The translations under genes and the position numbers were made by a program. Of a stretch of 64,000 nt of DNA, positions 1 through 16,596 are shown in pieces; positions within the stretch are counted from its first letter, which is position 1, and each line of letters starts with the position of its first letter. A model generated the notes under the pieces. The model made no database searches, was not told where the DNA came from, and was given only the letters and a program-made list of their open reading frames with translations. The stretch spans positions 434,001 through 498,000 of the forward strand of contig MCFH01000014.1 of assembly GCA_002104945.1 (NCBI GenBank), given 5' to 3'. The DNA is from Piromyces finnis finn. Its lineage: Eukaryota; Fungi; Neocallimastigomycota.

Positions 1-158
1 TTTTGTGGTTGTTGTTTCAACCTTTCTTTTTCTTTATTTAATACATGAAATTTTGATATCAATGCTTGTGAAAATTGATGAGTTTTCTTTTTACGAATAG
101 TTTTATTATTGGTAGTAGCTACCACTGGTTTTGGTAATCTTTTTCTTTTCAGCGTCAT
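1..158 (-). CDS. 5' fragment of probable 25S rRNA adenine-N1 methyltransferase (Bmt2-like), running off the window start
   Basis: ATG at 158 opens MTLKRKRLPKPVVATTNNKTIRKKKTHQFSQALISKFHVLNKEKERLKQQPQ. The LISKFHVLNK segment resembles the basic N-terminal 'lIrrFH.L.K' helix of fungal Bmt2. The catalytic domain is outside the window. Confidence 0.5.
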   Translation of the reverse strand, partial: MTLKRKRLPKPVVATTNNKTIRKKKTHQFSQALISKFHVLNKEKERLKQQPQ

Positions 159-771
159 TTATATTTTTCTTTTTAACGGGTAATATTAAGTTAAAAAAAA
201 AAAAAAAAATTAAATAATCTTTTCATGGTTTTGATCACACGTGATAAAATTTAATTATGTAGCATATTCATTTATTTATGTTGGTTTAAATTATATAGTA
301 TAAGGTGAAAGAAAGAAAAAAAAAAAAAGTAGTTAATAATAAAATGCTAAAAGTTAATTTATGATTAATAAATTGGTTTTTAGAGGGGAAACATTGATAT
401 AAAAAATATAATAGTTATCATCAATAAGTTAAATTTCATTAATTACTATTTTTTTTTTAATTTAAATATATTTGTAAAACTTTTTTATTAATAATTATTA
501 TTAATATTATTTTCTTCATAAAAGTCGAAGAATAATGGTAAAATACATTGAAAGTAAAAAAAAAAAATAGAAAAACAATTATTATATAGAAAAGAAAAGT
601 ATAAATATATCAATATCAATAGATTAATTAACATAATAATATTAATTTTTTTTTAAATATTTAAAAAAAAAGTTTTTAACACAAAACAATAATATTAGTT
701 TCATTAATAAAAAATAAAAAAAATAAAAAAGAGACTTCAAAAATTGAAAAAAATATATATATATATATAAT

Positions 772-2608
772 TTATGGTAAATAAGCATAATTTACAGTAC
801 TACATTTCCATTCTTCAGATTTTGTAGTATCTATTTCATCTTTTTCATTTATTGTTGATGACATTGGAGGAGGAGAAGATACTAATATAGTGGAATCTAA
901 AAGACTACTATTAGAATGAAACAATTTTGTATTTTTCAAATTATTAAAATCTAAACTAGTATAAGTGTTTGAAAGGGTCATTTGAAAACTATTACGGTAG
1001 CTATCATTACTTTTGTTATCCTCATCTTCTTGAATAGAATAAGTTCTGGTATATTCAAGGATTTTTAAAGGAGTATAATTATAATTGGAATAATAAACTT
1101 TTTCGGCATCCAATAATAACAAACAGAAATTATCTACCATTTCTTTTTGTAAATCTTCCATAGCTAAGGATACGGATTCATAATGTTCTTTTTGTTGATC
1201 TTCCTTTTTGATTTTCTGACATATTTCACAATCGGAATGATAACAATCATTATTATTACTATTATGATAATGACTACTCTTTTTTTTTAATGATTTTGAA
1301 CTTGGGTCCGGTACATGACAGTGATAACGTTTATGAGAACGATGACAGTATGGTTTAAACTCTAAATACTTTGATATATTGATTTCGTCTTGTTCATCCT
1401 TATTTATTGAACTAAAATTATTATAATCGTCCGAGGCCTCATTACCAACAACATGATTATCCTTTTCATTTTTTTGAATAAATTTATTTTTGTTTAGGTT
1501 ATGGTAATTTAAATAGTCATCAATTATTATATTTCTGGGATTAATAGATAAATAATTTTCATCTTCTCTTTCATTATCAAAATATTGTTTTGAATTCGTA
1601 GAAGTAGAATTTTCTTTTTGAATTTTATCTTTCTTTACTGTTTCCTTTTTTTCTTTTTTAAATCTATTTGGTATACCGGTATGAATTGGTAGAATATATT
1701 CTTTCCATTGACTTAGCCTTTCTTTTTCCATGTTATACCCGAATTTTGAAAATATTTTATTTTTATAATTTGCTCTTGTGTAAATTAAACTGTTGGGTGA
1801 ACTAACTGATAGTTAGATAATAATTGTATTAGTATTAATATGATTTTTATGATTATAATTATTTAAATAAAATAGATATAATAAATCATGTCATCATGTA
1901 ATAATAATATATTAAACTATTAAACCCTACTTATATATAATTTTCCTAATAAACGATATATTTCATGAGTTATGGGTAAAAACCTACAAAATTTAAATAG
2001 AAATATAATTTTATATTTATTTTATTGTTATAAGAAGAAGAAGAAATATTAGAGTTAATGTTCCATTGATTGAAATGTATAATTAATGGTTATACTAAAA
2101 AAAAAAAAAAAAAAAAAAAATCAAAAAAATATAAATTTGATGCTTATACTAACATACAAACTTCACCGTATGGAGAACCATCTAAAATATCATATAAATC
2201 ATTGGTTCTAACATCTACATAAAACTACAATATTCATCACCATCATAATGAATAGTAATTAAAATATAAATTAATATTAATTATTTACTACTACCTATAA
2301 TCAATATTTTTTTTATTAATTTTTATTATGATTTACCATTAGCATGGATAAAAATTTATTATTTTTTTCAGTAGGATGCTTATTAAAAAAAGATTGAAAA
2401 TGAACTGTTCTATTGGTTGGTTTTCCGTAAGGTTTAATGGTAGCTATTTGAACATAATCTTTATCAATATTTTATTTATTTTTATTAATATATATATATT
2501 TTCATATAAAATTAAAGTGTATCTATTTAGATATTAACTTAATGCAGGTTCAGCTTCATTCTTCTTTATAGAATCCATCATTAAATTTCTCCATTTTGGA
2601 ATAATCAT
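772..2608 (-). CDS. Pyridoxamine 5'-phosphate oxidase-like FMN-binding split-barrel protein (Pyridox_oxase_2/alr4036-like), 5 exons
   Basis: GT-AG exons 2608-2539, 2458-2337, 2224-2154, 1983-1931, 1805-772 splice in frame to MIIPKWRNLMMDSIKKN..YVQIATIKPYGKPTNRTVHFQSF..FYVDVRT..GEVCMFLPITHEIYRLLGKLYI..EKERLSQWK..DNFCLLLLDAEKV..WKCSTVN. These match the family motifs in order. The 772..1731 ORF is only part of the last exon. Confidence 0.8.
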
Positions 2609-3528
2609 TGCTAATTTTATCTTTTTTCTTTTTTATATAATTTTTTAAACTTTTATATAATTAATTTTTTTTTATTAATATTAAAAATATTAAAAAAAAA
2701 TATTAATTTTTTTTAAAATTAATGGTTAAAAAAATTTTTTTTTAAAAGAAATTAGAGTAATATATATATTGAAAAAATAAAATAACTTTGAAAATATATA
2801 TATATAATAGAATAAAAATAAAATTAAAAAAAAATGAACACCTAACATTAATAATTATATTTCATTATGATATGTTAAAAAAAAAAAAAAAGAACACTTC
2901 ATACAAAAAAAAAAAAAAAAAATATTATAAATTTAAAAGGATAACTTTTAATTCTATTTATTTTAAATATATATTTTTATGGTTATATTTCTACTGTTAC
3001 AATAATAACATAATCATTGTTATTTTAATTATTTAATTATATATTTTCAGTTTTTATTAATTATTTATATTGAGGATAATGATATTATATATTATTTATT
3101 TTTTTTAAAGTGTTATTTTTTTTTTTTTAAAACAAGTGTTAAATATATAAAAAATATTATAAATTTATTATATTATGATATGAGTAATTAATATATGTTT
3201 AATTATTATTATTGCTATTATTGCTATTATTGCTTTTGTTGTTGTTATATTATATAGTGTTGTTGTTTCATTTTTTTTTCTTTTTTTCTTTTCTCTATTC
3301 AAATATATGTATTTTTAGAAATGAAAAAAAAAAAAAAAAAAAAATCTAGAACTAATAATTTCTTTTTTAAATTAATTATGGTGGTGTTATTATTACAATT
3401 AAATTTTATTTTTTATTTTTTACTTTTTTTTTTTTTTTTTTGATAATTATGATTAAAAAATAAAAAATAAAAAATGAGATAAAAAAATTACATGAAAAAA
3501 TAGTAATATTTTTTTTAAATGAAAAACT

Positions 3529-3936
3529 TTAATTTCTTAAATCCATCATAATGACAGACTCCTTAATATTATATACATGACCATTATCGTTGTTGAAAAA
3601 TGCATCATAAAATAATTTGACATTTTCATGATGAGGATGGAAGCCATTCTTCTTACATGATGATATTACATTCATACCGTTATTATCAGTTAAACGGAAA
3701 TAACTTACTTTAGGGGTGTACTTTGGTGAACATACAATAGCAATAGCTTCCGAAATCATTAATTGATATGAAAAATGTGTATGTAAATCAACAGAAGATA
3801 AAAAACCTGTTTGAGAAGGACTATAAATAGAATTAAAAGACATATAAAATGTTACAGAAAATCATTAATAAAATGAATTAGAGAAATTGAAAAAAGTTTA
3901 ATATATAAATAAAAAATATTTATATCTATAAAATTT

Positions 3937-4002
<66 letters not shown>

Positions 4003-6676
4003 CTTACTGTGTATGGATCCAGCCTAATGTAAGTAATTCGTATTTTTCTTGAATATTTAATACCTCAACTTCATCCAATGTATTACAAGTATCTGATGAA
4101 CCAGTTTGTTTTGGTAAAATAACAGTAGTAACAAAAAATTCATCCTTTTTTAAAACACCACAAAGGATACCACATGTTTCGATATTATTTTCTGTATTTG
4201 ATTTCGCAACTTCCATAAATTTATCTGGTAATTCTTCAGGAATATATATTTTACGAAGGTTTGGATTAATGTATGTTTGAGGATAAGCAATGGTATTATT
4301 TCTTGTTTCACTTTGGTTCATATTTGTATTTTGAACTTGATTTGGTGTATTATTAAAGTCTACTGAGGTACTTAATGAATTCATATTATTATTATCATCA
4401 TCATCATCATTATACAATGATGAGGGTAACATTGGAGGTAATAATGATGAATGACAACTAGCATTATTATCTGGAATATTAGTAAACATTAATGGTGAGG
4501 AACTATATTGCATATTTGGATTAGATCCTTTTTGTGTGAGTTGTGGATTATTTGAAATTGGTCGAACCGGCTTTGGTGGAATATTTGTATTATTAATATT
4601 ATAGGGTTGTTTATTATTAATTTGTTGTAGATTTTGAGGAGTTTGACCTTGATTTTGCATCTTAGATTGAACATACATTTGTTGTTGTATTTGTGGTTGC
4701 ATTTGTTGCTGTTGCATTTGTTGTTGTATTTGTTGTTGCATTTGTTGTTGTTGCATTTGTTGTTGTAGTTGTTGTTGTTGTTGAATTTGTTGTTGAATTA
4801 TTTGTTGCTGTTGTATTTGTTGTTGTTGGAATTTTTGAGCCGTTAATTGTTTATTTATTTGTTGTTGAGACATTTTTTGACTATTTAATTGTTGATGTTG
4901 TTGAATAGGTAGAGAAAGTGATGGGCGTGATCTATGCATTTTTGTAGATCTTGGTGGAACAGGTGGGTATATATTTTCTACATTTTGTTGTTGTTGGATA
5001 GTTTGTTCAATTGGTCGCTCATTACTACTAAATTCTTTAGAGGATACAAGTTTTGGACTTTGGGCTGAATTCTTTTTATTCTTTTGTTGACGGTGCAATT
5101 GATCAACCTCATGTAACTTTTTTTGCATATGTTGTTGAATTTGACTTTTTATTTCTTGCTTTTTAAGTAAAAATTTTTCATCTATACGTTTTAATTGACT
5201 TACATGTAATGCTTGTAATTGTTTCAATTCATCATATTGTTGTTTTTCCATTTCTTGTCTCTGAATTATATGCGTATTTTTTAAGTTTTGTTGTTCTTGA
5301 AAATGTTGATTTTGTAATTTTTGTCGCATACTAAGTATCTGTTGATTCTGAACTTCTTCATTAGGCTGTTCCTTTTGATACTGAAGTACCATTTCTTGCT
5401 GTTGTCTTAATTGATCCATGATATATAAATGATTTTGTCTTTGTTCCTCTAGTTGATTTTGTTGCTCTTGAACTAATATTTCTATTTGTTCTTGATTAAA
5501 TTTTTGTTGTTGTAATATTTCCTTTTTATGTTTTTCTTTTAATTCTGATTTTAATAATTCAGTTTTTTTATACAACTCTTGTTTCTCGACAGCATACTTG
5601 TTATTATGTTGTTGTAATATAGATTGCTTAATTTTTTTTAGCTCTTGGTTCTTTTTTTCTTTTGGTTTTGAAGATGAAGATTCAGAAGTGCTTGCTTGGT
5701 TTTGTTTACTTTCATTTTCCTCTGGTCTTGAATAATTCATTTTTGAACTCGTCACTGAATTATTATAATTATTGCTATTATTACTATTACTATTATTACT
5801 ATTACTGTTATTATTATACGAATTATCAACAAGACTCAATTCTTGGAAACTTTGAAGATTACTCAAATCCGATAAACTATTTATAGAAACATTTAAATAA
5901 CTACTACTTTGTTTCTTAAGTAAAGAATCATGGTTTGTTCCTATATGTGGACTTCTAGGTGAAGAAGTTCTTTCAAAATATTGCTGTTGTTGTTGTCTGA
6001 TGGCATTAATATCTATTTGACTAATTGAATCTTTATTGCTTAATTTATTATTACTTAATTTATTTGAATCTTGAATATTATCTTTTTGTTTCATTACTTT
6101 AGTTTGTGAAATATATGAGTCATTTTTATTATCCATACTATTACTTTTAAGTCCTCCTTTAGTTTGTCCATTATTCATTATTTGTTGGTGAGCGTTATTT
6201 AAATTTACATATTCTTTATTTTGAACGATTACATTTCTCTCCATAATTAAATTATTATTTTCTTTTTTTTGGTCCATTCCTCGGTTATTAAAATTTGGAT
6301 TAACATTTTCTTTATTTTGAGAAGCTATAGCTTGAGTTTCTTTAATCAATTTTTTTTCGAGCATATTTTTAGTTATTGGTGGTAATTCTTTATTTAAATC
6401 TAATTTATTTTTATCTTTATCTTTTTTCTTTGTCAATGAAAGAAATTTAAAATTTTCCTTTTTTCCAGTGCTTTCCCTTTCTTTGGGGACCGGCTTTTTG
6501 GAATTATCATCGTTTTTTCTTTCAGAATTATTTAAAATTGACATTGATTTTTTTAAATTTTCACCAAGTTTCTTTTTTATTACAGAAGATTTTTTATTTT
6601 TATTTTCATCTAATTCATTATTTTTCATAGTCAAACTATTACTTGAATTTTGTCTAGTCTTACTATTTATGTTCAT
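3529..6676 (-). CDS. AMSH/STAMBP-type JAMM (MPN+) metallo-deubiquitinase with long Q/N-rich N-terminus, 2 exons
   Basis: Exons 6676-4008 and 3820-3529 (GTAAGT..TAG) join to [44 protein letters not shown]. The JAMM HxH-x7-S-x2-D motif is intact. Confidence 0.93.
3946..3999. repeat. (AAT)n microsatellite inside the AMSH intron
   Basis: Uninterrupted AAT run read directly. Confidence 0.95.
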
Positions 6677-8314
6677 TTTTTTTAAAAAAAAAATATTTAC
6701 GATTATGATATGTATATATATATGTGTGTGTGTGGATGTGTTTTGATATATTTTATTTCTTATTTTCTTTTAATATATTTCATTATGATGTTTAAATTTT
6801 TTTTTTTTTTTATAAAATATAATATCAAATTATATTATTCTATTCTATTTTATATATATAAATAGTCTACTTGAATTAAAATTAGGATAATTTTAAATTA
6901 AATATAACTTTCTACGATCTTTTATCCCTTTCTTTTTTATATCTTTTTTTTTTTTTAACAATTGGCAATTTAGTTTATGATTAAAATTTTTAAAAAAGTT
7001 TTTATACTCATTGATTTTAATATTTACTTAAAATTTTATCATCATAATAATAAATATTAAATGTTTTATTTTTCTTTCTTTAAATAAATGAAATGAATAT
7101 AATATTAATAACAAATTCTAATTACAATTTTATATAATGTTTTATTCATATAAAGATAGTTTTGCTTTTTTTTTTTTTTTTTTTTTTTTTAACCTATAAT
7201 TCCCCCTTTCAAAAAATTCAAAAAAAAGGTATATTTTAGGATATTTTATTATTATAATAAATTAATAGAAATTTTTTTTTTTAAAAATTATTACCAATAA
7301 TTTTCTCAAAAAAGAATTTTTTTTATTGAAATTAATATTGTTATTACCATTTAATTTATTTAAATCAAAACAAAGCATTCATTTATTTAAATAGAATTTA
7401 ATATATATTTATCTATTTTTATATTATTTATTTATTTAATAAATAACTATTGAAGTGATTATCCATTAAACATATAAATTATATATTAATATATGGCTTA
7501 ATGCATTATACAATATATTAATTCTATTATGTCAATTTATTTTTTTGCCAATTTCTTATTTGTAAATATTTTTTGAATTGAAAAAAAATTATTGCATAGT
7601 TTGGGTTGTTCAAGTTCATTTGCATAGATTAAATATTTTGTGTGACTTTAAATATATTGAGACAATATTATGAATATATTCTATTATATTGTAAATATAA
7701 TTAAATTAAATGAATTTTACCAATATTATATAAATGTAAAATTGTAAAAAAAACTGCCAATAAAAAAGATTTAAAACTTTATTTATTATAAAATGAATTT
7801 TGAATTCTATTTTTCTGTAGTACAAAATCTGATTAAAAAAAAATAAAGAAATCTTCTTCCTCCCCTAAACAAACAACCACTCATACAATTCATACAGGTA
7901 CGAATTAAGAGTAAAAAAAAAAAATGGAAAGGACAGCATATTATATATGAATTATATGAATACACCACTTTGACAATAAAGAAAAAAAGTATTTTTATAA
8001 TTAAAATTCTTATATTTTTAATTAGTATAAATAGTTAAATAAAATTCATATATACAATGTAAAGATTCATTTACAAATCATGGTTTTTTTTTTTTTTAGA
8101 AAAAATATAAAAAGTCATATTAAATACATAATTGGAATAATTCTTTAATGATGTATTTATATACAAGAATAATAATTCTATACATTTAAACTGAAAGTAA
8201 AAAAAAGATACATCAGAAGGATTAAAAAAAAAAAAAGGAAACGTAAAACCAATTAAATATTGATTATATGATTGATTATATATTGTAATAAAATTAATAG
8301 ATATATTTGAAATT

Positions 8315-11089
<2,775 letters not shown>

Positions 11090-11903
11090 GGCCTTTTGAT
11101 TAAAAAATGTCTTCTTTATAAGATATTCCTCTTTCAAAATTTATATCTACTAATGAAACTTTTTTTTTTTTTTTATGAATGAATGAATATGTAATAATAA
11201 TTTTTATAGAGCTTTTTTTTTTTTGCTTAAATGAATAATTAAAATTCAATAATAATTGAAACTTTTATTTATACAATAATATCGTTATTTTATATGCTTT
11301 TATGTTGTATATATTCTTTTTTAAAAGAAAAAGGGTATTGTATATTATTCATATATAGGTGTTTTTTTTTTTTAATTATAAAACTGGTTTTTTGAGTTTA
11401 TTGTTGTTGATGTTTTTTTTTTTTTTTTTTTTAATTTCTTTAAATTAATTTTAATTTAATATTAAATTATAATTTTAAAAAAAAAATTAATTAAAAATTT
11501 TATATATTAAAGAAATGAAACTATATTTTTATATTTGTCCTTTATTAATGTTTAAAAGTATCCTTTAAATTATTTTTATAATGAATAAAGATACATTAAA
11601 AAGAAAAAAAAAGAAAAGAAAAAAGAAACATTTGATTATTTAAAGTATAACTTAGTTCATAATTTACTAAATAAAAAAAAACATCATATTAAAAATAAAA
11701 TACAGTTAATTTGTTTTTCAACTATATTTTTATATATTTATATAGTTATTTACAATTTATAATGATTTAATAGTTATAATGTTCAATTGATTAATAATTA
11801 TATTTTAATGGTAGCATAGTCAAAAAATAAAATTTCTATCTATAAAATAGTATGAGAAATGAATAATAATGATGATGATACTACTAATAATAATAAAAAA
11901 AAA

Positions 11904-12434
11904 TTATTCTGCTAAAGAACCGACAGCGTAGTTTTTTAATAAGGAATTACAATCAACCCATGGATGACATTTATCTAAATATTAATAATCCATAAGAATT
12001 ATATAATGGAAAATAATGAAAATATATAGATATTCAATCAGTATAAAATAAAAGAATAATAAAAAAAGAAAGTGGAAAAAAGAGTTTACATATAATATAT
12101 TATAATAGCAATAATATCTTACAGAATATATCAGTTCCGTCTTTTCCAGCATATTTTATTAAAATATTTTTACCTATTAGTATTAATAAATTTATAATAA
12201 TTAGATATAATATATATATATATATATATTAATTCATTTCAAATAATTATATATATTTAAAAACCTCCAGGATGGAAATTTAAATATTCTGTTATATCAT
12301 AAATAATTCCATTAAAAATTATCCAACAGTCTTCTATCGTACAATGTTTTGAAACTTCTTCCATAGTATATTTTTTATTCAATCTAGATCTAAACTAAAT
12401 TACATAAAATTATACATTGACATTTCCATTAAAA

Positions 12435-12501
<67 letters not shown>

Positions 12502-12848
12502 TTAAAAAAAAATCATTGAAATTATATTTTTAATTTAAAAAACGTTATATATATTACTTCTTCATTTGAAATGGAGCTTTGGCTAACACGATGAATAAAA
12601 GCCATTTGATTATTTCCTCTTCCTAATTTATTTAAATTTTGGGCTTTTTATATATATATATATAGTGGAAAAAATGATATAGAGTTTAATTTTAAAATTT
12701 ACATATTTTATTACTACATATTATATATTATTCTTTAAAATTATTTACGATGTAAATTCAATTGGCTTGACAAAGAAGAAGAAGAAGAAGAAGGAAAAGA
12801 TGGAGGGAGATTAATCTTTACTTGTTTTTTTTCCTCTATTGGTTCCAC
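11904..12848 (-). CDS. Cytochrome b5-like heme-binding protein (Irc21 / CYB5R4 N-terminal type); 5' start not located
   Basis: Spliced exons give ..[13 protein letters not shown]..|[40 protein letters not shown]|[16 protein letters not shown]|..[22 protein letters not shown]. Both axial His (HPGG and CHPW) are present. It is absent from the ORF track. Confidence 0.85.
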
Positions 12849-13860
12849 TATTTTTTTTTTTTTTAATAATTTAAAAATAAAAAAAAAATAAAAATTAATA
12901 AATACAATACCAAAATTTCAACATTATAAAAATTTAACTTTATATTTAGTAACTCTTATATTGATATTACTTTTATTAGTATTATTATTTTGTTTGTTTT
13001 GTTTTATTATTATTATATATATATAATTTATTTCAATTTCAAAATTTCAAATTGAAATTTCAATGTATTTTAAACTATAAATCTTATTCAAATTAATAAT
13101 ACTTTAAATTTAATAATTTTAATACATTAATTAATGTGTATCATACATCATCATTATGATATAACAAACCATATTAATAATTACTTTTTGAATTATGAAA
13201 AAAAGAAATAATAATAAAAATAATAATAATAATAAGTATGAAGATATCTTGTTTTTAAATTTAAAACAAATAGTTTAAAGCTCTGTATTAAAAACGAACG
13301 ATTAATAAGAATATGTCAATTTCTTTATCGCATTCTAAACTTTTTTATTTTACTCTTATTTAAAATATAAAAAAATATGTATAGTGAAATATGGCTTGAT
13401 TATAAATATTTACAATTTAATATTACAATTTATTAATATTTTTTATAATTTTGATGGCTAAAATACCCAATTTAATAAAAAATTAAGGTTTCAGATTTTT
13501 TTTTACTAAACAAAATATATATAAATCAAAGTTTTACCAAACTTTATTTGAAAATTCTAAAACAAAAAACAAAAAACAACAACAAAAACTATAGTTTTTT
13601 TTATTATTATTAAAGTATAAAAGAAAAGGAAAGAGAAAGAGAAAACAATATAAAAAAAGTTTTACACATTAGAAATTCAATTCTCAATTCTCTCTCTTTT
13701 TTTTTTACTATTCTAAAATTTAAAAAATATATATATATATATAAAATTTCAATTAATATAAAAAGTAACATTTGACTTTGGAATATTTCATTACTTATCT
13801 TATCAACAATATATAGAAATATAGATAATTATTGATATTTTTTTATAACACAATAGAAAA

Positions 13861-14820
13861 ATGGATAGAAAACCAGTCTCATTAACCTATGTTGTATACG
13901 AAAAGGGAGATATACTTGGATTTATATTGGCCTATTCCTCTTTATGTCCAATATTCTTAATTGTTGCCTATACCTCAATTATATTATCAAGAAGAGAATT
14001 AATAATAATTTTCACTCTTATAGGACAATTGTTAAATGAAGTTTTCAATGGCATTATCAAAAATATTATAAAAGAACCAAGACCAGAAAGTAACTTTCAA
14101 ATCCATGACCTATTTTTTTTTTTTAACATTATTTTTACCAATCGTACATAAAATATATTTAACCATTATAATCTATCCAATATTTAAAATCCTTTATAGA
14201 GGCTGCTATATCAGGATATGGAATGCCTTCTAGTCATTCTCAATTTATGTTTTTCTTTGCTACCTATTGCATTATATATATGTTCTTAAAGTAACTATTT
14301 TATTTTTGAATTTATAAAAAAAAAAAAAAATCTATTAATTATTGAAATTATTCAACATCATTCCTAATGTATTGATAAATAAATTAAAATATAACTATTT
14401 TAGGTTAAAAATGAAAAATAATATTTGGAAATATATCTTAAGCATTGTTTTAATTTGCTTAGCAACAACTGTAGCATTCTCAAGGTACTTTCTTTATATA
14501 TATAAATAATTTAATTTTAATTTTATTAATTTAATTATAAATTACTTTTATGTATATATATTAAATTAAATAAAAAAAGATACTATCTTTATTACCATTC
14601 AGCTAAGCAAGTTTTAACTGGAATTACAATTGGAATTATTAGTGGTATATGTTGGTTCTACATTGTAAATAATATAATTAGACCAAAATGGTTTAGACCA
14701 ATTCTTGAACACCCAATTTCAAAATTCTTTTTACTTCAAGATTCAGAAAATATTGATAATGTCTTTGTTTGGGAATATGAAGAAAGAATGAAATATTACT
14801 TTGAAAATAAAGAAAAATAA
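13861..14820 (+). CDS. Dolichyl-diphosphatase (PAP2 family; DOLPP1/Cax4/Cwh8-like), 4 exons
   Basis: KNIIKEPRP (motif 1), GYGMPSSHSQF (motif 2) and SR|YYLYYHSAKQV (motif 3) join across GT-AG introns; stop TAA at 14818-14820. Confidence 0.92.
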
Positions 14821-14883
14821 AATATTAAAATAAATATACAAAATATACAAAAGAGGAGAAAAAAAAAAAAAAAGAAAAAAGAA

Positions 14884-14914
<31 letters not shown>

Positions 14915-16269
14915 TATAATTTAATAAATTCTATAGTATTAGATTAAAAACAATTAGTAAAAAAAAAAAAAAATTAACCCCCCCCCCAAAAAAAAAAAAA
15001 AGAAAAAAGAAAAAAGCCTTCATAATAAAAAATATATAATATAAAAATATAAAACGCTTTTCTCTTTTCTTTCTTTTAAAATCATTATATATGATTGATG
15101 GACTATTCATTTTATTAAACTTTATGATACTTTTTTTAATTCTTTTTTATTATTATACTTTAGATATTGTTATGAATTTACCCTTAAATATAATATTATT
15201 TCTTCATTTATATATATATATAAAGAAAAAAGAGAATTCATTATTTAATATTCATATTTTTAATCTAGCTTAAGTTAATGGGAAATAGCATTACATAATT
15301 TCATATATGAATAATTTAAAAAAAAAAAAAAAAATTTTCCCTCAAATTCAAGTTAAATTTTTCCAAAAAAAAAAAAAAAAAAAAAAAACATGTATCCAAA
15401 TATTTCAATATACTTTTTAGAAATAGTTTAAAGGAATGGCTGCAGTTTATGACCATATTATATTATTTTGGAATTAATCCTTTATTATTTCAATTTATTG
15501 ATACTAATTCATATAAATATTTTCAACAAAAAAATATACCTTTAAAAAAAAAAATTTAAAGTCGTTTATCTGTAATTTTTTAATGATATTCAGTAAGAAA
15601 GAGAATATAATAAAATATCAATCTACTTCAAATTATTATACCATTTCAAACAAAATATATTAATAAAACTATTTCTTTTAATGAATTTCTATAATAGAAA
15701 TAAGAAAATAATTATTTTTATTATAAAAAAAAAAAATACTCTATCATCATACTAATTTATAATGTATATATATATTATCTAAATACTTTTAATTTTATAA
15801 TGTCCTTTTTATTTTAAGACATAAATTAATATTTTTTAATTTTTTTTAATATGTATACAAGAGGAAATATTTTTCTTATGAATTCATATTATTAGATATG
15901 TTTTTGTTTTTGTTTTAATATTTTAGATACATAATAATAATTTATTTTAATAAATTGAATTTTGATATTAGAAAGTAACTATTCTATTCCATTATATATA
16001 TATATATAAATGACATTATAAAAGTTCATAATTCAAAGTTTCTCTTAACACCTTTTTTTTTTTTTGGTTTTCTCCTACATTATTACAATATTACAATAAA
16101 AATTAATTCATTGTGATTTAAATATCCAATACATTTCTACTATTTAAATAGTAATAAAAAAAAATTTTTTTACAATACATTCTAGCTACATTAGAAAAAA
16201 AAATTAATTTTTTTTTTTAAATAGTTTAACAAAATATTTTAATTTTAAAGAATAAATTAGAAATAAAAG

Positions 16270-16547
16270 ATGGACGATTGGGGTAATGGAAGAAAATTCG
16301 AAAAACATAAATTAAAAAATAAAATACAAAATGCACCTATATTAATTTTAGTCTATTTTCAATTAATTAAATAGAAAACGAAGATTTTGATAACATCAAG
16401 TTACCAGCTGTTAAGAACCAATGGGATGATGAAGATGTTGAATCTGAAGAAGAAGTCAAAGTAAATTTCAATCAAAAATTAAAATTAATTCAATTTTAAA
16501 AAAATAATAATAAAAACAAAAATAAAAATTTATAACATTATAATAAT

Positions 16548-16596
<49 letters not shown>

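Noticed and set aside
4489-6746. Short ORFs overlapping the AMSH gene (4489, 4693, 5662, 6468)
   Set aside because: Antisense or alternate-frame shadows of low-complexity coding sequence.
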